This document shows, one piece after another, positions 24,047 to 32,000 of a stretch of DNA of 32,000 bases (positions are counted from its first letter, which is position 1; each line of letters begins with the position of its first letter). The stretch spans positions 2,610,001 to 2,642,000 of the forward strand of contig OY776328.1 in assembly GCA_963675515.1 (NCBI GenBank), read 5' to 3'. Source of the stretch: Coprobacillaceae bacterium. Lineage in GTDB: Bacteria; Bacillota_I; Bacilli_A; Erysipelotrichales; Coprobacillaceae. The notes under the pieces were generated by a model that did no database searches, was not told the origin of the DNA, and saw nothing but the letters and a program-made list of their open reading frames with translations. The translations under genes were made by a program, and so were the position numbers.

Positions 24047-25015
24047 TTACATTACTCCCAACAGGATGCCGATGATGCCAAAGACAAACCCGGCAACCCA
24101 GAACATCATGACAACCTGGGTTTCCTGGAAACCGATCATCTCGAAATGATGATGGATTGGCGCCATCTTGAAGACCCGTTTGCCTCTTGTCTTGAACGAG
24201 ACAACCTGGATTATCACCGACAGCGTCTCGATCAAAAAAACCATCCCGATGACCACAAGAAGCAACTCCTGATTTGTCAACACGGCGATCATCGCCAGAA
24301 ATCCTCCAAGGCCCAAAGAGCCCACATCGCCCATGAAGATCTGGGCCGGGTGGTAGTTGAACATCATGAAACCCACCAAAGCGCCGATCAGGGCGATTGA
24401 ATAAATGGTCAAGGTGGTATCCCGGTTCATATAGGCAAAAATGATGAAAGGAGCGATGGCAATCATGGTCAGACCAGTCGCCAGACCGTCCAGTCCGTCC
24501 GAAAGATTGACCCCGTTGGAAGCACCCGTGAACATCACAAAAAACATGACCGGATAAAACCAGCCCAGGTCAAATTCCAACTTCAACAAAGGCACTTCGA
24601 TCACATGGTCGAAGCCCGGAATGAAATTCCGGCACAGGAAATACAGCACGATTGCAAGTACCGCCTGCAGGGAGAACTTCGCCCAGGCCGGAAGACCTTT
24701 GTTAGATTTCTTGATGACAATCAAAGCGTCATCCACCAGGCCGATGGCTCCAAAACCGCCCAGGGTCAAGGTCAATATCCAAAGTTTTGGAGACGCCAGG
24801 TTGGCATAGTTGAAGATAAGAGACGAGATTATCGCCACCACAATAAACACGGCACCGCCCATCGTCGGGGTTCCGCCCTTGACCTTATGCGATTCAGGCC
24901 CCTCCTCGCGCTGGACCTGCCCGAACTTGAAGCGGTGGAAAACCGGGATGATTCTAGGCATCAAAACAAGCATCAATATATAACTTAATATGAAAGTTCC
25001 AATCATTTTCAACAT
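24047..25015 (-). CDS. mraY: Phospho-N-acetylmuramoyl-pentapeptide-transferase
   Basis: 322 aa polytopic membrane protein with KGGTPTMGG, NLSDGLDGLA and PIHHHFE motifs. SD AAAAGGAG. Confidence 0.95.
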   Translation of the reverse strand: MLKMIGTFILSYILMLVLMPRIIPVFHRFKFGQVQREEGPESHKVKGGTPTMGGAVFIVVAIISSLIFNYANLASPKLWILTLTLGGFGAIGLVDDALIVIKKSNKGLPAWAKFSLQAVLAIVLYFLCRNFIPGFDHVIEVPLLKLEFDLGWFYPVMFFVMFTGASNGVNLSDGLDGLATGLTMIAIAPFIIFAYMNRDTTLTIYSIALIGALVGFMMFNYHPAQIFMGDVGSLGLGGFLAMIAVLTNQELLLVVIGMVFLIETLSVIIQVVSFKTRGKRVFKMAPIHHHFEMIGFQETQVVMMFWVAGFVFGIIGILLGVM

Positions 25016-25044
25016 AATATACTCCTTTTATTTACAGTACCTAA

Positions 25045-25073
25045 AATATAGCATATTGACCACTTTTCATCAA
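25045..25073 (-). promoter_or_regulatory. Sigma-A type promoter of mraY-murD-murG-murB-divIB
   Basis: The minus strand reads TTGATG, a 17-nt spacer, then TATATT, directly after the HPr-like gene terminator. Confidence 0.55.
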
Positions 25074-25103
25074 GAAAAAAAGACAAGCCGGACAGCCCGA
25101 CTT
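25074..25103 (-). terminator. Intrinsic terminator after the HPr-like gene
   Basis: The minus strand reads AAGTCGG-GCTGT-CCGGCTT (7 bp including one G-U pair) followed by GTCTTTTTTT. Confidence 0.5.
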
Positions 25104-25377
25104 ATCTTATTTCCTTACCGATTTCCAGCTGTTCAAGCAGCCCTAAAATATCGTCACGGGCGGCTTTTTCATCATGCCCTTTGATATCGATTTGAATCTT
25201 CGCCTTTTCTGGAATCCCCAATGATAGCACTCCCATGATTGATTTCATGTTCAGTGTTTTCCCCTCATAAGTAATCGAAATGTTCGATTCGTAAATCTTC
25301 ACCGCTTCGACAAGTTTAGTTGCTGAAGTAGCGTACAATCCTACCGGACTCGTCACTATGGCATCTATTCTCTCCAT
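25102..25377 (-). CDS. HPr-family protein lacking the His15 phosphorylation site (Crh-like)
   Basis: 91 aa that aligns position for position with B. subtilis HPr. GIHARPAT is replaced by GLYATSAT (H15Y, R17T, P18S), while K45-S46-IMG is conserved. SD TAAGGAGGGG. Confidence 0.85.
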   Translation of the reverse strand: MERIDAIVTSPVGLYATSATKLVEAVKIYESNISITYEGKTLNMKSIMGVLSLGIPEKAKIQIDIKGHDEKAARDDILGLLEQLEIGKEIR

Positions 25378-25441
25378 AAAAACCCCTCCTTACATATAAC
25401 ATGATATCATTTTTGAAACCGTTATACTAGTTTATTCTAAG

Positions 25442-25975
25442 CTATTTTATTTTTTCGATCATGATGACGTAAGGAGCTTTTTGTCTGTTCAACATTTGGT
25501 AACAACTTACATTGAAATCATTATCTAAATCCGCGCAGAACGACTTGAGCCCCGCACCTTCTACCCCCTGGTCATGACCCACATAGACACCGATCAGGAT
25601 GATCCCCCCGACTTCAAGGGCGCAAAGTGCCTTGGACAAAGTCGCAACCGTGTTTTCAAGATGGGTCGTGATGCGATGGTCGCCTTTGGGCAGGTATCCC
25701 AGATTGAACACCCCGACATCGAACCGGTCGAAATAAAGGTCGAAGTTGCGATGGTCATCCTTGATCAGTTCGATCATTGAAAGGTCGACACCGTTTTTTT
25801 CGAGAAGTTTTTTCGTGTTCTCGAGGGCAACCGACTGGATGTCGAAACCGTAGACCTTGTCGCTTATTCTGGCAAGCTTCAATGTGTCAAAGCCGTTGCC
25901 CATGGTAAAATCGACGGCAACCGCCACCTTCAAGGCGGCGATTTCCCGGCCGATATAGTCGATTACGGTTTTCAA
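25442..25975 (-). CDS. mnmM: Class I SAM-dependent methyltransferase, YtqB/MnmM family (tRNA mnm5s2U34 methyltransferase)
   Basis: 177 aa. DFTMGNGFDT, VYGFDIQSVALENTKKLL, VFNLGYLPKGDHRITT and ILIGVYVGHDQG match B. subtilis YtqB blocks as recalled. It uses a TTG start overlapping the trpA stop as TTGA. Confidence 0.8.
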   Translation of the reverse strand: MKTVIDYIGREIAALKVAVAVDFTMGNGFDTLKLARISDKVYGFDIQSVALENTKKLLEKNGVDLSMIELIKDDHRNFDLYFDRFDVGVFNLGYLPKGDHRITTHLENTVATLSKALCALEVGGIILIGVYVGHDQGVEGAGLKSFCADLDNDFNVSCYQMLNRQKAPYVIMIEKIK

Positions 25976-26739
25976 CTTAAGGCCGCGACCATTTCTTTGA
26001 CATATTCATACACATGCTTCGGCGCGTCCGGCCCATGTTTTTCGATGATCTTGACAATTGCCGAACCGACAATCACCCCGTCACAATACTGCGAAAACTC
26101 CCTGACCTGATCAGGCGTGTTGATCCCAAAACCGATGGCAACAGGCGTATTTGTTTCCTGCTTGATCAATTGGACCAGCTCTTCGAGTCCGCCTGCGAAA
26201 CTTGAGCGGGTTCCGGTAACCCCCATTGATGAAACAAGGTAGATGAAGCCTTTCGCCTGTCGGGCGATCATCTTGACCCGGTTCGAAGAAGTCGGCGCCA
26301 CGAAACTTATCAGTTCCAGGTCGTATTTTTCCTTGAACTGGTTCACCTCATCGCTTTCCTCGAATGAAAGGTCAGGCAGGATCAGTCCGTCGATTCCGAC
26401 TTCCTGGCATCTTGCCATGAATTTTTCAACCCCGTAGTGGAAAACGACATTGTAGTAGGTCATGAAACAAAGCGGAATCTGGCTTACCTGACGCACTTTT
26501 TCAACCAGCTCGAACACTTTCGAGGTGTTCACACCCCCGTTGAGCGCCCGGATATTGGCCCCCTGGATTACCGGCCCTTCAGCCACCGGATCGGAAAATG
26601 GAATCCCGATTTCGATCAGGCTGGCCCCGGCTTTTTCCATTTCAAGGATGCACTGATATGTCGTTTCGAGATCCGGATCACCGGCAGTGATGAAGGCGAT
26701 AAAGGCTTTTTTGTTGAAGGCATTCTTCATTCTATTCAT
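25972..26739 (-). CDS. trpA: Tryptophan synthase alpha chain
   Basis: The start is set to ATG 26739 ([32 protein letters not shown]), overlapping the trpB stop. [17 protein letters not shown] motif present. Confidence 0.93.
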   Translation of the reverse strand: MNRMKNAFNKKAFIAFITAGDPDLETTYQCILEMEKAGASLIEIGIPFSDPVAEGPVIQGANIRALNGGVNTSKVFELVEKVRQVSQIPLCFMTYYNVVFHYGVEKFMARCQEVGIDGLILPDLSFEESDEVNQFKEKYDLELISFVAPTSSNRVKMIARQAKGFIYLVSSMGVTGTRSSFAGGLEELVQLIKQETNTPVAIGFGINTPDQVREFSQYCDGVIVGSAIVKIIEKHGPDAPKHVYEYVKEMVAALS

Positions 26740-28501
26740 AGATTTCAACCCCCTTGTAGCGGGCAATTGCCGCCACATCTTTGTCGCCCCGGCCTGAAAG
26801 ACAGCAGATAATTATGTCATCAGGAGAGTATTTTGGCGCATCCTTGATGATCTGGGCCACGGCATGGGCGCTTTCGATGGCGCAGATGATACCCTCGGTT
26901 TTGGCGATGTACTCGAACGCCTCAACCGCCTCGTCATCGGTAATCGGGAGGTAGCTCGCTCTTTTGATGTCATTCAAATGGGCATGCTCCGGTCCGATTC
27001 CCGGATAGTCCAAACCGGCCGAAATCGAATAGACCGGTGCGATCTGTCCGTACTCGTCCTGGCAGAAATATGACTTCATGCCATGGAAAACGCCCAGGCT
27101 TCCGGTGTTGATGGTCGCCGCGGTATAAGGGGTGTCGACCCCTTTTCCGGCCGCTTCACAACCGATCAGTTTGACATCCTTGTCCTCGATGAAATTGTAG
27201 AACATCCCCATCGCGTTCGATCCGCCCCCGACACAGGCATAAACCGCGCTTGGCAGTCTGTTTTCGACTTCAAGAATCTGGGCCCGGGCTTCCTTGGAAA
27301 TGACCGCCTGGAAATCCCTTACCATTGCCGGATAAGGGTGAGGCCCCATGACCGATCCCAACACATAGAACGTGTCTTCGATTCTTCCGGTCCAGACCCG
27401 AAGCGTCTCGTTGACCGCATCTTTGAGTGTCATCGTCCCTGAAGTTACCGGGATGACTTTCGCCCCCAGAAGTTCCATCCGGTATACATTGAGGATCTGG
27501 CGATCCGTATCTTCCTTGCCCATGTAAATTTCACATTCCATATCCAAAAGCGCGGCGGCCGTGGCTGTCGCAACCCCGTGCTGTCCGGCCCCGGTTTCGG
27601 CGATCACCCGGGTTTTCCCCATCTTTTTGGCCAACAGAATCTGACCCAGGACGTTGTTGATCTTGTGAGAGCCGGTGTGATTCAAGTCTTCCCGCTTGAG
27701 ATAGATTTTGGGACCCTTGAGATCCTCGCTCATTTTCTTGGCGTAATACAAAAGCGACGGACGACCCGCATACTCGTCAAGCAATTTTTTAAGTTCCGAG
27801 TTGAACTCGGGATCGTTCTTATAGTGTTCATAAGCCGCGTCGATCTTATGAAGTTCTTCCATCAATGTTTCGGGGATATACTGCCCCCCATGGATTCCAA
27901 ATCTGCCTTTTTTCATCTTAACCCTCCTTACCAGAGTCGCAATTTTGTTTTCATCTTTAATTTTGTGGGTTTCCACCCCGGACGAGACATCGATCCCGTA
28001 ACACCCGATCGCCAAAGCGGCGTCGAGGTTGTCAAGATTGATTCCCCCGGCCAAAAAATACGGTTTTGGGATCTGTTTGATATGCGTCCAATCGAACGTC
28101 TCACCCGATCCCGGTGCCGGGCCGTCGAGAAGATAATAGTCGACATCGAAGTTCAAATCCTGCAGATCGGTGTCTTTTTGCACCTTGATCGCCTTGATCA
28201 AAGGCAGATCCACCTTTTTTCTTAGCTTTGCGATATATTCGTTGTCCTCAGCTCCGTGGAGCTGGATCAGATCGATCACCTTGTTTGTTGCAAGTCTTTC
28301 GATCAGACCGATGTCGCTATTGACAAACACCCCGACTTTTCTTATCCCCGGATTGACCAGGCTTGCAAGCTTTCTGGCAGTGTCAAAATCGACCCGGCGA
28401 GAAGACTTGGCAAACACAAACCCGATGTAATCGGGTTGTTCCCGGTTTATCGCTGCGATGTCCTCTTCCCTGAACAGACCGCAGATTTTAACCCTGGCCA
28501 T
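26732..28501 (-). CDS. trpF-trpB: Bifunctional phosphoribosylanthranilate isomerase / tryptophan synthase beta chain (in-frame TrpF-TrpB)
   Basis: The start is ATG 28501 (MARVKICGL..., the TrpF N-terminus). There is no stop before the TrpB part ([18 protein letters not shown]..., HTGSHKINN with the PLP lysine). An internal SD AAGGAGG (27929-27923) and ATG (27916) are retained at the junction. Confidence 0.9.
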   Translation of the reverse strand: MARVKICGLFREEDIAAINREQPDYIGFVFAKSSRRVDFDTARKLASLVNPGIRKVGVFVNSDIGLIERLATNKVIDLIQLHGAEDNEYIAKLRKKVDLPLIKAIKVQKDTDLQDLNFDVDYYLLDGPAPGSGETFDWTHIKQIPKPYFLAGGINLDNLDAALAIGCYGIDVSSGVETHKIKDENKIATLVRRVKMKKGRFGIHGGQYIPETLMEELHKIDAAYEHYKNDPEFNSELKKLLDEYAGRPSLLYYAKKMSEDLKGPKIYLKREDLNHTGSHKINNVLGQILLAKKMGKTRVIAETGAGQHGVATATAAALLDMECEIYMGKEDTDRQILNVYRMELLGAKVIPVTSGTMTLKDAVNETLRVWTGRIEDTFYVLGSVMGPHPYPAMVRDFQAVISKEARAQILEVENRLPSAVYACVGGGSNAMGMFYNFIEDKDVKLIGCEAAGKGVDTPYTAATINTGSLGVFHGMKSYFCQDEYGQIAPVYSISAGLDYPGIGPEHAHLNDIKRASYLPITDDEAVEAFEYIAKTEGIICAIESAHAVAQIIKDAPKYSPDDIIICCLSGRGDKDVAAIARYKGVEIYE

Positions 28502-29288
28502 CTTTGCCTCTGAGCATGTCGAAGTATTCCTGACGGTCATTGGCTTTGACGATGCTTTCACCGATAAGCACGCCGTTGAAATCATTCTGTTCCAAAACAG
28601 CGATATCTCCCCGGTCGAAGATCCCCGACTCGGAGATGAAAACACCCTTGTAACCGGCTTCCAGCGCCTTCTTTTGGTATTTTAGCGAATTGTTCAGATC
28701 AATCGTGAAATCATCGAGATTGCGGTTGTTGACCCCGATGATCCGGGCCTTGGTCGCCAATGCCTTGTCGAGGTCGTCCTGGTCATGGATTTCAAAAAGG
28801 CAAGACAACCCCAGAGAGTCTGCGATCTTGAAATACCTTTTCAATGTTTCCAGATCAAGAATCCGGCAAATAAGCAGGATGGCATCGGCATTGAGCAATC
28901 TGGCCTGGTAGATCATGTACTCATCGACGATGAAATCCTTGCGCAATATCGGCAGTTCGACCGCGCTTGCAATCGCACTGAGATACTCGTCGGACCCCTT
29001 GAAGTAATCGGGTTCGGTCAGCACCGAAAGGCAGCTCGCCCCGATCTTCTGGTAATCCCTGGCGATGGCCAGGTAATCGAAATCCGGCATGATCAGCCCT
29101 TTCGATGGCGACGCCTTCTTGACTTCGAGGATATAATTGAGGCCCGGTTTTGCCAATGCCTGTTCGAAGCGATAATCATTTGACACCGGAAGCTTTTCGC
29201 ATTCGCTCATCAGCTCTTCAAGTGAAGCTTTTTCCTTTTGATGCGCTATTCTTTTTTTTGTCGCATCCACTAATTTGTCTAATATCAT
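28488..29288 (-). CDS. trpC: Indole-3-glycerol phosphate synthase
   Basis: 266 aa with the [10 protein letters not shown] motif, positioned between trpD and trpF. Confidence 0.93.
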   Translation of the reverse strand: MILDKLVDATKKRIAHQKEKASLEELMSECEKLPVSNDYRFEQALAKPGLNYILEVKKASPSKGLIMPDFDYLAIARDYQKIGASCLSVLTEPDYFKGSDEYLSAIASAVELPILRKDFIVDEYMIYQARLLNADAILLICRILDLETLKRYFKIADSLGLSCLFEIHDQDDLDKALATKARIIGVNNRNLDDFTIDLNNSLKYQKKALEAGYKGVFISESGIFDRGDIAVLEQNDFNGVLIGESIVKANDRQEYFDMLRGKDGQG

Positions 29289-29291
29289 ATT

Positions 29292-30299
29292 CTACCTGTT
29301 TGTCGTTACAATGAATTTTTCGAGAATCTCGAGCGGTTTTTCCGATTCGATAACCTCACGGGCATAGAGGATCCCAAGCTGGTAGCTTGGAGCCTTGCCA
29401 GAAAGATAGAAGCCCATTCCCGCATTGAGCAGGACGATATCGAGGTGTGGTCCGGTTTTGCAATGAAGCACATCCAATGTGATATTCGCATTGTCTTCAG
29501 GAGTGCCCCCCACAATGGCTTCCTTGGGCGCCATCTTGAAGCCGTAATCGGCCGGATTTATTTCATATCTGGTGAACTTGCCGTTGTCGATTTCCAGAAC
29601 TGTCGTTTTGGCACTCAGGGATATCTCGTCCATCCCGTCTTGACCATAGACAACCGCCCCGCGGGTCACGCCCAGATTGGAAAGGACATGGGCCATCGGT
29701 TCAACCAGGTCTTCGCTGTATACGCCCATTACCTGGGTTCTAGCATGGGCCGGATTGGTCAGCGGTCCCAGGATATTGAAGATGGTGCGGATCTTGAGTT
29801 CCTGGCGGATCGGTCCCACAAAGCGCATTGCCGGATGATAGATCGGCGCAAAAAGAAAACATATTCCGTTCTCCCGCAGCGATTTTTCCGAAACCGCCAC
29901 ATCGCAGTCGACTTTGACGCCAAGCTGTTCGTACACGTCCCCGGCTCCCGATTTCGAGCTGGCTGCCCGGTTGCCATGCTTGGCAACCTTCACTCCTCCC
30001 CCCGCAAGAACCAAAGCGCTAGTCGAGGAAATGTTGAAGCTGTTAGAACCGTCTCCGCCGGTACCGACAATCTCCAATACGTCGCCGTCGCTTTCAAAAG
30101 CCCGGCAGTGTTCCCTCATGCTTTTGGCGCTGCCGGTTATCTCATCGACTGTCTCGCCCAACATGTTCAAGGCGGTAAGGTAGGCCGCCTTTTGGACATC
30201 GCTGGCAACCCCGTCCATGATTTCATTCATGCACTCATACGCCTGATCTGCGCTGAGATTTTGCCTGTTTGTAAGCTGGATTATCGCTTCTTTAATCAT
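29292..30299 (-). CDS. trpD: Anthranilate phosphoribosyltransferase
   Basis: 335 aa with GTGGDGSNSFNIS and KHGNRAASSKSGAGDV motifs. The start overlaps the trpG stop as ATGATTAA. Confidence 0.95.
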   Translation of the reverse strand: MIKEAIIQLTNRQNLSADQAYECMNEIMDGVASDVQKAAYLTALNMLGETVDEITGSAKSMREHCRAFESDGDVLEIVGTGGDGSNSFNISSTSALVLAGGGVKVAKHGNRAASSKSGAGDVYEQLGVKVDCDVAVSEKSLRENGICFLFAPIYHPAMRFVGPIRQELKIRTIFNILGPLTNPAHARTQVMGVYSEDLVEPMAHVLSNLGVTRGAVVYGQDGMDEISLSAKTTVLEIDNGKFTRYEINPADYGFKMAPKEAIVGGTPEDNANITLDVLHCKTGPHLDIVLLNAGMGFYLSGKAPSYQLGILYAREVIESEKPLEILEKFIVTTNR

Positions 30300-30861
30300 T
30301 TGTGACCTCCAAAAAATTCTGAATCATCCTTTTGCCGTCAATCGTCAGGATTGATTCGGGATGGAACTGCACTCCATAGACAGGATAGTCTTTATGCTTG
30401 ATCGCCATGATGCATCCGTCGTCACTGGTGCCGATGACATCAAGGTCGCTCTTGGCTTCCTTTGCCACCAGCGAGTGGTAGCGGGCAACGATGGTCGGTG
30501 TCTTGATTCCTTCAGTCAACGGCGTGTCCTTGAGGATATGCATTAGGCTTGATTTTCCATGCATCAATGCGGGAGCGTAGGTCACTTCATGACCGAAAAC
30601 CTCGCAGATCGCCTGATGTCCCAGGCACACACCCAGAATCGGTTTCTTGTCGTAGAAATAGGCTATCGCCTCCTCGATGATTCCAGCCTGATCGGGCCGG
30701 CCCGGTCCTGGCGAGATCACCATCGCATCGAAGTCGATTTGTTTGATCTGCTCGAGGGTCAGCTCGTCGTTGCGGATCACCTTGATGTCCGGATTGAACT
30801 CGCCGATATATTGATACAAGTTGTAGACAAAACTGTCATAATTGTCGATTAGTAATATCAT
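30292..30861 (-). CDS. trpG: Anthranilate synthase component II (glutamine amidotransferase)
   Basis: The start is ATG 30861 (MILLIDNYDSFVYNLYQY), overlapping the trpE stop as ATGA. GVCLGHQ catalytic Cys and the HPES motif are present. The track's longer N-terminus overlaps trpE. Confidence 0.93.
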   Translation of the reverse strand: MILLIDNYDSFVYNLYQYIGEFNPDIKVIRNDELTLEQIKQIDFDAMVISPGPGRPDQAGIIEEAIAYFYDKKPILGVCLGHQAICEVFGHEVTYAPALMHGKSSLMHILKDTPLTEGIKTPTIVARYHSLVAKEAKSDLDVIGTSDDGCIMAIKHKDYPVYGVQFHPESILTIDGKRMIQNFLEVTND

Positions 30862-32000
30862 TCTAAACCTCCCTGGGCCGTCTCGATGGCCTGGATCACC
30901 GCTTTTGCCTTGTTGATGCATTCCTGATACTCGGTTTCAGGCACGGAATCGTAGACAATTCCCGCTCCCGAACATACGTAAAGATCGTTGTTTTGCTTGT
31001 ATGCCAGACGGATCGAGATGCACATATCCATATTCCCGGTAAAATCGAGATAGCCGATCGCTCCCCCGTAAACCCCGCGCCGCGTCTTTTCAAGTTCGTC
31101 GATAATCTGGGCTGCCCGGAATTTGGGCGCTCCCGACAGGGTTCCTGCCGGCAGGACCGCCTGGATAGCATCGAGGGCATCATATTTGTCATCGATGTTG
31201 GCCAATATCGTCGAACCCAGATGCATAACATGGGAGAACTTGATGACCTCAAGATAATGGTACAGCCGCACTGTGTTGAACTTGGCGATTTTCCCCAGGT
31301 CGTTGCGGCCCAGATCGACAAGCATGTTGTGTTCCGCCAGCTCTTTTTCGTCGTTTTTCAGGCTTTCTTCCAGCTTGGCGTCCTCGGCTTCGTCTTTTCC
31401 CCTTGGCCTTGTTCCAGCCAGCGGGAAGGTCGAAACCTGCCCGTTTTCTAGCTTGACCAGGGTTTCTGGCGAGGCCCCTGCAAGCTCCAGCGAAGCCGAA
31501 CCGAAATAGAACATGTATGGCGAAGGATTGGTCGTCCTTAACACCCGATAGGTGTCGAAAAGCGATCCGGTCGCCTGCGCTTTTAGCTGGTTGGCCAGAA
31601 CAACCTGGAAGATGTCGCCTTCGGAGATGTAGTGTTTTGCCTTTTTGACCATGTCGCAATATTCATTCTGCTTGAAGACCGGTTTGAAAGCCGATTTTAC
31701 CTGCAGGTTAGGAATTTTGGCTTTCTTGTTCGAACGGATAAGGTCCTCGATCGCATTGATGTTTTTCACCACCCGATGGTATGAATGGTCGATATCGCAG
31801 GCCTTCACATTCCCGATGATGATGATCTTGTTTTTATAATTGTCGAAAACGATGACTTCATCAAAAAGCATCAAATCGACATCGTTGAAACCTTCGGCCC
31901 CGGTCTTGGTCAGCTCGAGATTCTTTTCATAATAGCTGAAGTAATCATAGGCGAAATAGCCGACCAACCCACCCGTGAAGGTCGGAAAATCCTTGAATGT
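30858..32000 (-). CDS. trpE: Anthranilate synthase component I (partial; N-terminus off the right edge)
   Basis: The frame stays open from 31967 to base 32000 (TFKDFPTFTGGLVGYFAYDY). C-terminal LSGAPKFRAAQIIDELE and RGVYGGAIGY motifs are present. Confidence 0.93.
   Translation of the reverse strand, partial: TFKDFPTFTGGLVGYFAYDYFSYYEKNLELTKTGAEGFNDVDLMLFDEVIVFDNYKNKIIIIGNVKACDIDHSYHRVVKNINAIEDLIRSNKKAKIPNLQVKSAFKPVFKQNEYCDMVKKAKHYISEGDIFQVVLANQLKAQATGSLFDTYRVLRTTNPSPYMFYFGSASLELAGASPETLVKLENGQVSTFPLAGTRPRGKDEAEDAKLEESLKNDEKELAEHNMLVDLGRNDLGKIAKFNTVRLYHYLEVIKFSHVMHLGSTILANIDDKYDALDAIQAVLPAGTLSGAPKFRAAQIIDELEKTRRGVYGGAIGYLDFTGNMDMCISIRLAYKQNNDLYVCSGAGIVYDSVPETEYQECINKAKAVIQAIETAQGGLE

Noticed and set aside
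25378-25441. A possible promoter (TGATATCAT) in the 64-nt gap upstream of the HPr-like gene.
   Set aside because: There is only a weak -10-like element, no convincing -35 and no upstream terminator. Read-through from the trp/methyltransferase unit cannot be excluded on sequence alone.
28502-28645. 48-codon N-terminal extension of the trpF-trpB ORF. Analogous extensions occur on trpG (30862..30921), trpA (26740..26778), ftsZ (14224..14250) and the flavoprotein (1961..1972).
   Set aside because: The extensions overlap the preceding genes. The conserved family N-termini begin at internal ATGs that carry proper SD sequences.

Overview
This is a chromosomal window from a Bacillota-type genome of moderate GC, with nearly all genes on the minus strand. 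In transcription order (right to left) it holds:

- A compact, translationally coupled trp operon: trpE (5' end off-window), trpG, trpD, trpC, an in-frame trpF-trpB fusion, and trpA.
- A YtqB/MnmM-type methyltransferase and a Crh-like HPr that lacks His15.
- A split dcw cluster: mraY (own promoter)-murD-murG-murB-divIB, then an insertion zone, then ftsA-ftsZ-proC, three tandem SepF paralogs, ylmH and a divIVA-like gene.
- ileS behind an Ile (AUC) T-box leader.
- An ABC-2 exporter pair.
- An EamA transporter coupled to a D-Ala-D-Ala carboxypeptidase.
- yebC on the plus strand.
- Two overlapping FAD flavoprotein genes. The leftmost is open to base 1 and is missing from the ORF track.

The divIB/ftsA gap carries a plus-strand cobalamin riboswitch in front of a ~180-aa ECF S-component-like membrane protein. 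It also carries two nested IS elements. One is an IS1634-family element with a frameshifted transposase, flanked by 164-bp direct repeats. The other is an intact IS256-family element with an 8-bp target duplication, inserted into the second repeat copy. A solo IS1634-type end remnant sits downstream of the carboxypeptidase gene.

I saw no rRNA, tRNA, CRISPR array or recognisable defence or toxin system. The most unusual items are the tandem SepF triplication, the IS1634 long duplication that regenerates a divergent promoter region, the riboswitch-controlled transporter embedded in the dcw cluster, the trpF-trpB read-through fusion and the Tyr15 HPr paralog. All functional calls rest on motif recognition by eye, since no database search was possible.
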